Assembly: GCA_963837955.1 (NCBI GenBank)
Contig: CAWIPH010000002.1
Coordinates: 4,320,001 to 4,384,000 of the forward strand
DNA length: 64,000 nucleotides
Source: an uncultured Verrucomicrobiae bacterium
GTDB lineage: Bacteria > Verrucomicrobiota > Verrucomicrobiia > Chthoniobacterales > JAFAMB01
Reading direction: 5' to 3'
Under the pieces are notes generated by a model that did no database searches, was not told where the DNA came from, and was given only the letters and a program-made list of their open reading frames with translations. Of the stretch, positions 18,649-27,764 are shown one piece after another; within the stretch, counting starts at the first letter, position 1, and every line of letters begins with the position of its first letter. Position numbers and translations under genes: made by a program.

Positions 18649-19770
18649 AAAGGGGGTCAGTCAACAATTCTTGACAGATTGCATCCAGCTTTTAATTCGA
18701 GGATCGAACTGCCGGTTGAGATTTTTTTCGAACCGTCGGATCTGCTGGCTCACATTCGCAGCACTTCGCATGTTAAGACGATTAGCGATCCAGCTTTGAT
18801 CCATAGTCGTGGAGCGAGCTATCGCCCAGGCCAAACTCACTTTTCGCGGTTCATTGCCACGACTAGCCTTGAGGTCCTCTTCGCAAAGTTGAAGCTCTTT
18901 GAAGCCGGCTCGGATTAAAGCGGTTGCGTCCGCTTCTGCATGATCATGTCCTTGACGACTACTGCGCTGGTTGCGGTTGCTAAGCCCGCTCAATCGCCCA
19001 GCAGCCAGTTCCAGCAACTTTTGCCGAAATCCTTCGCTTCCCCAGTACCAGCCACGCCGTAAGGTACTATTGAGCGATTGGCCTTCTCGTACTGCCCAAC
19101 CACACTCTTGCGCCTCTTCTGCAAGGACGCGTTGCTCCAAACGCTCGATCATTTCTTTTCGGCCCGCGACATCATCCTTGCAGCCAAAGGCCGTAAAAGC
19201 TCTTTCGGTTACACACCACGTCGGCCTGCGCGCAGCAGACACAGCATAGACCTGCTTCAAACTACTCCAGCGATAGCCTAGTAGCCCTGCCCCACGCTCG
19301 GAATCAACCAACCCTGCCCGAACCGGATTGAGGTGAATATAATCCCAAAGATTGCCCAAATAATCCTGCTCTGAGTCCAAGTCGCTCTCGACCAAAACCG
19401 CCTTATAGCGCCCGCCAAACACGTGGCCCCAAAGCCCATGACGATGATTGAACCGACGGGTGTAAGTGTTTTGGATCCATCGCATTCCTTCGACCAAGTT
19501 GGGCCGCGGTGTCTCAACTAGCCAATGATAATGGTTAGTCATCAATACCCATGCGTGGATCCGCCATCCGGTCTTGGCGCAAGCCTGACTCAAGGTTCTC
19601 AGCATCGTCTCTCGATCCTCATCATCCACAAAGATATCTTCTCCGCGATCACCCCGTGCCATGACATGGTAAAGGGCTCCGGAATACTCAACGCGGACCT
19701 GCCTGGGCATCGCCTTCCCTCACCTATTAAAATTGCATCTCCGTCAAAATTTGTTGACTGACCCCTTTTA
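18649..19770. mobile_element. Transposase unit bounded by ~27-30-bp inverted terminal motifs (GGGGTCAGTCAACAA.T.TTGAC)
   Basis: Left end AAGGGGGTCAGTCAACAATTCTTGACAG (~18650-18678, overlapping the stop codon); right end CCGTCAAAATTTGTTGACTGACCCCTTT (19741-19768). Each contains a GTCAA-N6-TTGAC hairpin. Confidence 0.8.
18661..19710 (-). CDS. HUH Y1 tyrosine transposase, REP-associated (RAYT-like), with C-terminal helical extension
   Basis: Motifs MPR..R......YHV..RG....IF.DD.DR, HUH motif LMTNHYH, GHVFGGRY, catalytic Tyr in YIHLNPVRAGLV, and YRWSS. Confidence 0.9.
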   Translation of the reverse strand: MPRQVRVEYSGALYHVMARGDRGEDIFVDDEDRETMLRTLSQACAKTGWRIHAWVLMTNHYHWLVETPRPNLVEGMRWIQNTYTRRFNHRHGLWGHVFGGRYKAVLVESDLDSEQDYLGNLWDYIHLNPVRAGLVDSERGAGLLGYRWSSLKQVYAVSAARRPTWCVTERAFTAFGCKDDVAGRKEMIERLEQRVLAEEAQECGWAVREGQSLNSTLRRGWYWGSEGFRQKLLELAAGRLSGLSNRNQRSSRQGHDHAEADATALIRAGFKELQLCEEDLKASRGNEPRKVSLAWAIARSTTMDQSWIANRLNMRSAANVSQQIRRFEKNLNRQFDPRIKSWMQSVKNC

Positions 19771-19771
19771 A

Positions 19772-19812
19772 CGTCCGCAAAGATATCTTCTCCGCGATCA
19801 CCCCGTGCCATG
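19772..19812 (-). repeat. 41-bp copy of the transposase 5' coding segment, lying outside the element end
   Basis: 39/41 identical to 19623-19663 (35 bp perfect; encodes MARGDRGEDIF). A 13-bp direct repeat TTTAACGTCCGCA occurs at 19767-19779 and 19825-19837. Confidence 0.9.
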
Positions 19813-19863
19813 CTGATCACGACCTTTAACGTCCGCATAGCGACGGCAAGGTACAGTTGGGAG

Positions 19864-21393
19864 CTACCACAAATTTCGATCCAGCGCTCGGTACTGCACC
19901 GCTTCGGAAAGATGGTCGACGTTGATACGGTCGCTGCCGGCCAGATCGGCGATCGTGCGAGCTACTTTGAGAATCCGGTCATAAGCTCGAGCACTCAGGT
20001 TCAACGAACTGGCGGCTTGCTTGATTAGATCGAGACCGGCCAAATCAAGCTGGCAATACTTTCGAATCAAACGATTGGGGAGTCTCGCGTTACAACGCAC
20101 ACCGTTTTCACTGTGCAACCGTTTCCGCTGCACCAGACGCGCCCGAGCGACTCGGTTCCGGACCAGCTCAGAGCTTTCTGATTCCGTCGTCCCGGTCAGA
20201 TCCTGAATATCGATCGCCGGAACGTCGACATGAATATCGATCCGATCGAGCAACGGCCCGGAAATACGTCCGCGATATTTCTGCACCTGCACGGGACTAC
20301 AACGACATTCTCTTTTCGCATTGCCATAGTGACCGCACGGGCACGGATTCATCGCGGCGATCAACATAAATGCAGCCGGGAATGTGAGTGAACCAGCCGC
20401 CCGCGATATGGTCACTTTGCCATCCTCCAACGGTTGCCGCATTACTTCCAGCGTCGACCGATGAAATTCCGGGAGCTCATCCAGAAAAAGAACACCATTG
20501 TGCGCCAGGCTCACTTCGCCTGGTGTCGGATGCATCGTACCGCCGAGAAGACCAGCGTCGGAGATGGTATGGTGGGGCGATCGGAATGGACGCGTGGTAA
20601 TGAACTGCCGATCGCCATTCAACTGTCCGCAAATACTATGGATCTTGGTCGTCTCGATTGCTTCTTCTAAACTAATCGGCGGCAGAATCGATGGAATGCG
20701 TTTGGCGATCATCGATTTACCCGAGCCCGGCGGCCCAATCATCAGCAGGTTATGACCTCCGGCCGCAGCGACTTCGACCGCTCTTCTGACGTGGTATTGG
20801 CCCTTCACTTCGGAGAAGTCAGATTCATCGCGAGTCTTGTAAACCGTCCATGGCTGCGTCGGCACTGCGGCTAATTCTTTCTCGCCGCGCAAGAATTGAA
20901 CGACTTCCGAGAGACTGGTTGCTCCATAAACCGCCAATCCGTCCACTACCGCCGCCTCCGCCGCATTCTGACGGGGCACAATGAGGCGTTCCCGGCGCCG
21001 TTTGCGTGCCTCCAGCGCAATCGCCAACGCTCCTCTCACCGGACGCAGCTCGCCGGAAAGCGCCAGCTCTCCACAGATATAGCAGTGATCCAGGTCCGGG
21101 ATCCGGTTTTGCTCGTTCAACTGCAACATCGCCAGGGCGATCGGCAGATCAAAGCTTGGGCCCTCTTTGCGCACCGTAGCCGGCGCCAAATTAATGGTAA
21201 TCTTTCCGCGAGGCCGCCGCAGCGCACTGTTGCTGAGCGCGCTTAGGACCCGATCTCTGCTCTCTTTAACCGCGGTATCCGGCAAGCCAACCACCGCGAT
21301 CCTTCCCTCAGGTCCCCACCCAGCGTGCACTTCGATCTCGACCTCGGAAGCATCCACCCCCACTACCGTCGCAGAATAGACCTTCGATGGCAT
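19864..21393 (-). CDS. comM: YifB/ComM family Mg-chelatase-like AAA+ ATPase (competence helicase)
   Basis: Motifs [20 protein letters not shown]...[51 protein letters not shown] and KVARTIADL. Confidence 0.95.
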   Translation of the reverse strand: MPSKVYSATVVGVDASEVEIEVHAGWGPEGRIAVVGLPDTAVKESRDRVLSALSNSALRRPRGKITINLAPATVRKEGPSFDLPIALAMLQLNEQNRIPDLDHCYICGELALSGELRPVRGALAIALEARKRRRERLIVPRQNAAEAAVVDGLAVYGATSLSEVVQFLRGEKELAAVPTQPWTVYKTRDESDFSEVKGQYHVRRAVEVAAAGGHNLLMIGPPGSGKSMIAKRIPSILPPISLEEAIETTKIHSICGQLNGDRQFITTRPFRSPHHTISDAGLLGGTMHPTPGEVSLAHNGVLFLDELPEFHRSTLEVMRQPLEDGKVTISRAAGSLTFPAAFMLIAAMNPCPCGHYGNAKRECRCSPVQVQKYRGRISGPLLDRIDIHVDVPAIDIQDLTGTTESESSELVRNRVARARLVQRKRLHSENGVRCNARLPNRLIRKYCQLDLAGLDLIKQAASSLNLSARAYDRILKVARTIADLAGSDRINVDHLSEAVQYRALDRNLW

Positions 21394-21497
21394 AACAGTT
21401 CGCGAAAATGTTCTTTTATAACAACATTTGCAAGAATTGTTTTCGACACGGCTTTTCTCGAAGGCAAAAGTTGCCTCTTTATGTTAAAACAGGTCTC

Positions 21498-21833
21498 ATG
21501 GCACCATCCAATAAACAAGGCGTTCAGGTATCCGTCGGCATTTTGGCTCAAATGAAAGCTAAACCGGGCAAAGAAGCCGCCGTGGAAGCATTTCTTAAAG
21601 AAGCGTTGCCATTGGCTAACGAAGAAAGTGGCACAACTGTCTGGTTTGCTATCAAACTCGATCCGTCAACCTTCGGTATTTTCGACGCGTTCGCTGATGA
21701 AGCTGGACGTAACGCTCACCTCACAGGTCCGATCGCCGGGGCCTTGATGGCCAACGCCGCAGAGCTGCTGTCCGAGGCTCCGAGCATTCGGAAGGTCGAC
21801 GTCTTGGCAGCAAAACTCTTAGCTTCCTCGTAA
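21498..21833 (+). CDS. Antibiotic biosynthesis monooxygenase (ABM)-like protein
   Basis: AKPGKE..VE.FL....PLA..E.GT..WFA......FGIFDAF.DE.GR.AHL. Start placed at ATG 21498. Confidence 0.85.
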   Translation: MAPSNKQGVQVSVGILAQMKAKPGKEAAVEAFLKEALPLANEESGTTVWFAIKLDPSTFGIFDAFADEAGRNAHLTGPIAGALMANAAELLSEAPSIRKVDVLAAKLLASS

Positions 21834-21903
21834 GATATCAACCCGGAAAGAATGCGCTGCGGTTGCGTTCTTTGAAAGAGGATTATCCTCTAAAGTACAG
21901 AGG

Positions 21904-22710
21904 CTAATCACTCTTCACCGCAATCCAAACTTGTTCTTTCCCGTAGCTCGGCGGTGACTTCTGGAAATCGGAATATTCTTCAAGCACATGAAATCCGCAG
22001 AGGCGCAAAAGATGGCGCATCTCCTGGCGAAAAGTCCAACGTAGTCTAAGTATCTCTTCTTCCTGCCGTACGACCGTGGCATCGTCCGGTCCGAGCTCAG
22101 TGAATCGCCAGGTTTCGGTCAAACACTGGGATAGGACATCATTCATACGCCCCAAAACCTCGATCCGAACCCTATTCCTTGAAATTGGATGCGTAACGAT
22201 ACGTGAGGAAATGGCTACTTTGCTCTCACCAGGGAGGAGCAAATCGTATCGCGGATCAAATAGATTAAGGACCAATATGCCACCAGGCAGCATGTGACGG
22301 CGGATGCAGCGAAGACAGCTCTCCTGATCTTCTGGTGAAAGCAAATTCTGAAACGAGCGGAAGGTCAGGTAAACGCCGCTGAATTGAATTGCGAATGCAA
22401 ACTCTCGCATGTTCCCTTCTGTCAGGAACAGACGGCTGGCTACTGCGTCCGGGAGGTGCCGTTGTTTAGCCTCAGCAATCGACAACATGGCAGAACTGGC
22501 GTCCAACCCATGTACTTCACAACCAGCTTCAACCAACGGTATCGCCGCTCGACCAGTCCCGCACGCGAGTTCAAGTATTGGCCCCTCTATATTTCGAAAC
22601 CGTTCGCATAAAAAAGATACATCTGCACCGGCCTCGCCCCAGCCAGTAGTCGTCATCGTATCATAGATCTCGACGTGGAGACCTCGTTCAGTATAAGAGG
22701 ACGGCGGCAT
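21904..22710 (-). CDS. Class I SAM-dependent methyltransferase
   Basis: Motifs ILELACGTGR, GLDAS..ML and L.PGG.LV. Start placed at ATG 22710. Confidence 0.9.
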   Translation of the reverse strand: MPPSSYTERGLHVEIYDTMTTTGWGEAGADVSFLCERFRNIEGPILELACGTGRAAIPLVEAGCEVHGLDASSAMLSIAEAKQRHLPDAVASRLFLTEGNMREFAFAIQFSGVYLTFRSFQNLLSPEDQESCLRCIRRHMLPGGILVLNLFDPRYDLLLPGESKVAISSRIVTHPISRNRVRIEVLGRMNDVLSQCLTETWRFTELGPDDATVVRQEEEILRLRWTFRQEMRHLLRLCGFHVLEEYSDFQKSPPSYGKEQVWIAVKSD

Positions 22711-22778
22711 AAAAAAAGTGCTCCTACCGCACGGGATTTGCTGCTCGACCAAAGCCTTTAGGGTTATTCACAGTCTGA

Positions 22779-22850
22779 TCGATGGCCCAACAGTTCGATA
22801 AACTGTTCTTCCGTGACAACATTTGCAAGAATGTTTGAGAGAGACCGTTT
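22779..22850 (-). repeat. Degenerate direct repeat of the comM start codon/promoter region
   Basis: TCGATGGCCCAACAGTTCGATAAACTGTTCTTCCGTGACAACATTTGCAAGAA (22779-22831) aligns without gaps to TCGATGGCATAACAGTTCGCGAAAATGTTCTTTTATAACAACATTTGCAAGAA (21384-21436), including a 16-bp exact core. Confidence 0.8.
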
Positions 22851-22952
22851 TTCACCCCCTTGCTAGTCAGAAACCGGGTCGTGTTGTCCGAGGAATTTTC
22901 CTCCGCATTCCTGCGGACCGGTGGTAAGTTAAGCGGAAGACTTCGGCGGAAT

Positions 22953-24239
22953 ATGAGGTTTGCGGGCCTATTGGTCGCGATGTTATGGCTGACCGTTTCT
23001 ACGGTGGTGGCCAGCAGCGAAAAACTCTGCCTCATTACCGTGGACGGCCCGATTGGTCCAGCGACAGCCAATTATGTTTCGCGAGCCGTTGACGAAGCAG
23101 CGGCGCAGGGCGCCCAATGTTTGATCATCCAGCTCAACACCCCAGGGGGTCTACTCGACTCAATGCAGCGAATTGTGCAAAAACTGTTAGCTTCTTCGGT
23201 TCCTGTGGTTGTCTACGTCGCGCCAACCGGAGCCACGGCCGCAAGCGCCGGCTGCTTTATTACTTTAGCAGCAGATGTAGCCGCAATGGCTCCGGCCACA
23301 ACGATCGGGGCGGCACACCCGGTGTCGTTGGGTGGCGTCAGCGGCAATGAAGATACCAAGTCTGATTCCACCATGACGAAGAAACTGGAAAATTTCGCCG
23401 CTAGCTACATCCAGGCGATTGCCAGTAAGCGGAGCCGAAATGTTGGATGGGCCGAATTGGCGGTCAGAGAAAGCGCTTCGATTCCAGCAGAGAAGGCCCA
23501 CGAACTGAAGGTGATCGAGATCATCGCCGTGAATTTTGACGATCTGCTCCGTCAGTTGGATGGCCGCGTCGTTAACGGTAAACCTCTTAAGACAGCCGGC
23601 GCGCAAACTATTGAGATCAAAATGTCCGCAGCGGAACAGATCTTCCAAGCGGCGTGGCGCCCCGAGGTCATGTTCATCCTATTATTGATCGCCATCTATG
23701 GAATCATCGGCGAGCTGACCACCCCTGGAGCGATACTGCCGGGAGTGGTCGGAGCGATTGCGCTGCTCCTCGCACTCTATATGGCGGCAATCCTGCCGGT
23801 GAACATCACCGGATTACTGTTAATTGGGTTGGCCGTTGTGTTGTTCATTATTGACGTATTTGCGCCGACTCACGGCGTTCTGACGATAGGCGGGATAGCT
23901 GCGTTTCTGATCGGCTCTCTCATGCTCTTCAATCGTCAAGATCCGGTATTTCGCTTGTCGCTGCAGTACATCATTCCCGGAGTTGTTCTGACTACAGCGT
24001 TCTTTGTTTTGATCATCGGCAAGGGACTCGGAGCCCAACGGCTGCCCGTCAGGGTCGGGAAAGAAACCATGATCGGAAAATTGGCTAACGCCCTAACGCC
24101 GATCGACACCACCGGCGGGAAAGTTTTTGTTGAAGGAGAATACTGGAACGCGACCAGTGAAGTTCCAGTGGACAAAGGACAACTGGTTCAGATAAGTGCC
24201 GTGGAAGGATTGACTGTAAAAGTGCTGCCTAAAACTTAA
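22953..24239 (+). CDS. nfeD: NfeD family membrane-bound ClpP-class serine protease
   Basis: Motifs LNTPGGLLDSM, AASAG.FI..AAD.AAMAP.T.IGAAHPV, a TM region, and a C-terminal OB fold (GKVFVEGEYWNA). Start placed at ATG 22953. Confidence 0.92.
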   Translation: MRFAGLLVAMLWLTVSTVVASSEKLCLITVDGPIGPATANYVSRAVDEAAAQGAQCLIIQLNTPGGLLDSMQRIVQKLLASSVPVVVYVAPTGATAASAGCFITLAADVAAMAPATTIGAAHPVSLGGVSGNEDTKSDSTMTKKLENFAASYIQAIASKRSRNVGWAELAVRESASIPAEKAHELKVIEIIAVNFDDLLRQLDGRVVNGKPLKTAGAQTIEIKMSAAEQIFQAAWRPEVMFILLLIAIYGIIGELTTPGAILPGVVGAIALLLALYMAAILPVNITGLLLIGLAVVLFIIDVFAPTHGVLTIGGIAAFLIGSLMLFNRQDPVFRLSLQYIIPGVVLTTAFFVLIIGKGLGAQRLPVRVGKETMIGKLANALTPIDTTGGKVFVEGEYWNATSEVPVDKGQLVQISAVEGLTVKVLPKT

Positions 24240-24251
24240 CAAGCCAATTAC

Positions 24252-25034
24252 ATGCTCGAAGATTTCACACGATTAATTGCCTGGATCGTTCCGCTGATTG
24301 TTCTGGCCGCGATCTTCCTGCCCCAAATGGTCCGTATTCTGCGCGAGTATGAACGCGGAGTAATATTTCGGCTTGGCAAACTGCTGGGCACCAAAGGACC
24401 AGGGTTAATTTTTCTCATTCCGGTGGTCGATCGGATGGTTAGAATGGACCTCCGAGTTGTAACGATCGACGTCGCTCGCCAAGAAGTGATGACCCGGGAT
24501 AACGTGCCGGTAACGGTTGATGCGGTCGTTTATTTTCGGGTCGTCGGTCCGGAAGCCGCGGTGATTAAAGTGGAGAATTTCCTGAAAGCGACATCCCTGA
24601 TTTCTCAAACAACATTACGCAGTGTCCTCGGCCAAGCAGAGCTCGATGAACTATTATCACAGCGTGACAAGATCAATATGACATTGCAGGAAATCATTGA
24701 TCGGCAGACAGATCCGTGGGGTATCAAAGTCACTGCCGTCGAAGTCAAAGACGTTGTTTTGCCCGACAGTATGAAACGCGCAATGGCTGGCCAGGCCGAG
24801 TCGGAGCGGGAGCGCCGAGCGAAAATCATAAACGCCGAGGGCGAGTTTCAAGCCGCCGAAAAGCTCGTGCAAGCTGCCGCCATGATCTCGGCCCAGCCGA
24901 TCGCGTTACAACTCCGTTTTCTTCAAACCATGAAGGAAATCTCTAGCGAGCATAATACCACAACCATTCTGCCGGTGCCGATCGATCTGTTTTCGCCTTT
25001 CATCAAAACATCTGAAAAGGAAAAGACCGAGTGA
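24252..25034 (+). CDS. SPFH/stomatin (slipin) family protein
   Basis: Motifs [26 protein letters not shown] and [20 protein letters not shown]; canonical partner of nfeD. Confidence 0.93.
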   Translation: MLEDFTRLIAWIVPLIVLAAIFLPQMVRILREYERGVIFRLGKLLGTKGPGLIFLIPVVDRMVRMDLRVVTIDVARQEVMTRDNVPVTVDAVVYFRVVGPEAAVIKVENFLKATSLISQTTLRSVLGQAELDELLSQRDKINMTLQEIIDRQTDPWGIKVTAVEVKDVVLPDSMKRAMAGQAESERERRAKIINAEGEFQAAEKLVQAAAMISAQPIALQLRFLQTMKEISSEHNTTTILPVPIDLFSPFIKTSEKEKTE

Positions 25035-25076
25035 ACGCTCAAAGGATTTACCTCGACACCGTCCGGCTCGTTTTCC

Positions 25077-26228
25077 ATGCTGCCGATTCGTACAATTTGT
25101 CTCATGAGGGTATTCGTCTTGGCGGCGATGGCTTGCCTATTGGTGTCTTCGAAGGGCGCAGCGGAATTACCAAACGAGGAGCTTCCGGCGCCGTTGCCCT
25201 CCCCTTCGGTCACCAAGCAGAAACTCATTGTCGGACTCACCAACGATCCGCCATTCGTGATCCGCGGGTCGGACGGCTCGTGGACCGGTATCAGCGTTGA
25301 ATTATGGCGGCAGGTGGCGACGGAGCTTGGTCTCAACTACGAATTTCGCGAAACCGACCTGAAAGGTCGGTTTGAAGGGCTCGTGCGCGGTTGGTTCGAC
25401 GCCACGGTCGGACCCTTAACCATCACAGCAGAGCGAGAACAGGTCTGCGATTTTACCCACGCTTACTTTGTCAGCGGTCTGGGGGTAGCCATTCTAAAAG
25501 ATAGCGCAGCAGGTAACCAAAACCTGATTTTCAACCCTGCGTTCTTCCGGTTTGCCTGGTCTGTCTCGAGAGTCGCGCTTGCCTTGCTTGCTGTGCTTGC
25601 CGGCGTGGCCATCTTGATCTGGTTTTGCGAGCGACGAGCAAATCCGGCTCAATTCGGCGCACAGGGTCATCCCGTCCGAGGTCTGGGCGCATCCTTGTGG
25701 TGGGCAGCAGTCACCATGGCGAGCGTTGGTTACGGCGACTTAGTTCCAAGGACGTTTCTAGGTCGCACCATCGCCGTACTTTGGATGTTCGTCAGCTTGG
25801 TATTGGTCTCCGCCTTTACTGCGACCATGGCATCTACATTAACAGCTGAGCGGTTAGCGGGTGTTAGTATCCGGGGAGTTGAGGATCTCCGCCAACTCAA
25901 GGTCGGAGCGGTCGAGCACACTTCAGGCGCCCATTTTCTCGAGATTAATCACATCCCATTTACTAAATTGCCGTTTAACGAGCTCTTTAATTCGGTAAAA
26001 CAAAAAAAGATAGAAGCGGCTGTCTATGACGAACCTGTCCTCCGCTACGTTGGTCGCGACGCGGGGGATTGTAGAGTGCTGTCATTGCATTTGGATACGG
26101 AGTTATACGGGTTTGCGCTCCGCGAAGGCAGCCAGTTACGAGAACCGATCAATCGCGTACTTTTGCAAAAGATCCATGAGCCGGCTTGGACGGATCTGAT
26201 AGCCAAATACCTTCCGTCCAGCGAATAA
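25077..26228 (+). CDS. GluR0-like ligand-gated K+ channel (SBP family 3 domain split by a 2-TM pore)
   Basis: S1 half (PPFV...G.SVELW, LTITAERE...DFT..YF), pore region WWAAVTMASVGYGD..P.T..GR, and S2 half (EAAVYDEPVL, YGFAL..GS.LRE.IN). Confidence 0.85.
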   Translation: MLPIRTICLMRVFVLAAMACLLVSSKGAAELPNEELPAPLPSPSVTKQKLIVGLTNDPPFVIRGSDGSWTGISVELWRQVATELGLNYEFRETDLKGRFEGLVRGWFDATVGPLTITAEREQVCDFTHAYFVSGLGVAILKDSAAGNQNLIFNPAFFRFAWSVSRVALALLAVLAGVAILIWFCERRANPAQFGAQGHPVRGLGASLWWAAVTMASVGYGDLVPRTFLGRTIAVLWMFVSLVLVSAFTATMASTLTAERLAGVSIRGVEDLRQLKVGAVEHTSGAHFLEINHIPFTKLPFNELFNSVKQKKIEAAVYDEPVLRYVGRDAGDCRVLSLHLDTELYGFALREGSQLREPINRVLLQKIHEPAWTDLIAKYLPSSE

Positions 26229-26414
26229 TCGGTTCTGACGAATCTCCGAGAAACCTGGTAGAAGACTATTGTCGAGGAGGCGAAAGCACCTGCCTCCGGG
26301 TTTAGATAAAGCATTCCTTGTCTAACCTCAGTTCGCTGTTAGACTCATCGTCCTTTCCCACTTGGTACCGTCTCCGACAGTTAACCCAAGCATCAAACAG
26401 CCAAACGCCATTTT

Positions 26415-27125
26415 ATGTTCACCCGATACCATTTGTCCCGTTTCGTATCGCCTCACCGAAACCCCTCTTCTAACATCCGACTAACTGTCGCCGGGATTCT
26501 TATCCTCTGCTCGTTTCCCTTGAACGGACGCAGCGCAAAAGTCGTGAATCAGGAAGACTTAACATCGTTACCACCGGGTCGACCCGCGATTGTCTACGTG
26601 CAAGATTTTAAGGTCGAGAAGGAGTCCAGCAACAGCGATCAACAAGCACTGGGCGGGGGCCGCGCTCGAGCGCTGATCGCCCAAGCCAAGAGCGCGACCG
26701 GCATGCAAAGCAGCCAGGTTGTGGACTTGATGGCCTCATCCTTGGTATCCGATCTAAACCAGGGTGGCGTAAAAGCACAGCGACTGGCTGCCGGCCAACC
26801 TCTACCACAAAACGGTTGGTTGGTCCGCGGCCTCTTCACGGAAGTCGATCAAGGCAATCGAGTCCTGCGGGCTGAAGTCGGATTTGGCGCAGGTTCTACC
26901 GATCTGGCGGTTTTGGTCAACGTGGCGGACCTGCAAAAAGGAAAATTGGAGCCATTTTATAAATTGGAAACGCAAGCAGGTAGCCGGAAAATGCCGGGAG
27001 GGATCGTATCTAAAAATCCTTATGTGGCGGCAGCCAAGTTTGTCATGTCCCGGCGAGATCTGCCGAAGAATATCCGGCAGACCGCACAGACCATTGCGGC
27101 TCAAATCATTCGCCGAGCCAAATAA
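26415..27125 (+). CDS. DUF4410-like exported protein
   Basis: Motifs VYVQDF, GWLVRG.F.EVD.GNR..RA.VGFGAG and GS.KMPG. Confidence 0.65.
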   Translation: MFTRYHLSRFVSPHRNPSSNIRLTVAGILILCSFPLNGRSAKVVNQEDLTSLPPGRPAIVYVQDFKVEKESSNSDQQALGGGRARALIAQAKSATGMQSSQVVDLMASSLVSDLNQGGVKAQRLAAGQPLPQNGWLVRGLFTEVDQGNRVLRAEVGFGAGSTDLAVLVNVADLQKGKLEPFYKLETQAGSRKMPGGIVSKNPYVAAAKFVMSRRDLPKNIRQTAQTIAAQIIRRAK

Positions 27126-27139
27126 GCCGGTGGAGCGGA

Positions 27140-27499
27140 CTACTTACCTTTCGTGAGTTGAGCGCGCCGCTCAGCCTGAAGTGCATCGAGTTTCTTCGTC
27201 TGATCCGCGTTCAGATATTTCGCTGCGTCGTTTCGAAAGTCTGTCTGCAGCTGCATTGCTTTCTTGAGCTTTTGCAGCTTACCTGCGGACTTGTCTGCTT
27301 CCAGTGCCTCCGCCTTCTTATCCCTCTGCGCGACCAGGGGAGCTATCTGTTTTTGTTGCTGTTCGGTCAGTTGCAGTTTCTTGGTGAGTTCAGCCATCTG
27401 CAATTTCGCAATGCCCTGCTGCGCGAACGAGATTGTCGAAGCACTCAAGAAGATGATGGCGAAGGTCACGCATTGCCGGAATAGCTTATTAGTTTTCAT
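27140..27499 (-). CDS. Hypothetical secreted helical protein (Spy/CpxP-like LT..Q repeats)
   Basis: Signal peptide MKTNKLF...SFA-Q, followed by LQLTEQQQKQI and LNADQTKKL. Start placed at ATG 27499. Confidence 0.7.
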   Translation of the reverse strand: MKTNKLFRQCVTFAIIFLSASTISFAQQGIAKLQMAELTKKLQLTEQQQKQIAPLVAQRDKKAEALEADKSAGKLQKLKKAMQLQTDFRNDAAKYLNADQTKKLDALQAERRAQLTKGK

Positions 27500-27764
27500 T
27501 TCGTAAATTGTTTGATTTCTGTTTGAGGGAAGACAGTTCAATCCTTGAAAGTGCAGCTGGCTGCCACGTCCTGAAGTCGAGCGAAGACCTGCGCCGAGCG
27601 ACGCCGGTGCGAAGGGCGTTGGGGGGAAGGAAATCGGCCGAACCAACCAGCCTCTTTGGTTTTAGTCATAAGCCGATGCTCAGAACAAGCACCAAGTGCA
27701 GCCTTTCCGATGAGAAACAGCTCGGACCTACCCGAAGCAGGGACATCACTTCGCCGTCGATTGA

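Noticed and set aside
18222..20509. Diversity-generating retroelement TR/VR interpretation of the comM and transposase duplications (mismatches are A vs G on the plus strand)
   Set aside because: The repeats are only 41-47 bp with 1-2 mismatches, there is no reverse transcriptase in the window, and the targets are conserved catalytic or N-terminal regions rather than variable C-termini.
21409..21423. LexA box upstream of comM (TGTTCTTTTATAACA)
   Set aside because: The spacing and right half do not fit TGTTC-N4-GAACA, and the GTTC-N8-GTTC nearby does not fit GTTC-N7-GTTC.
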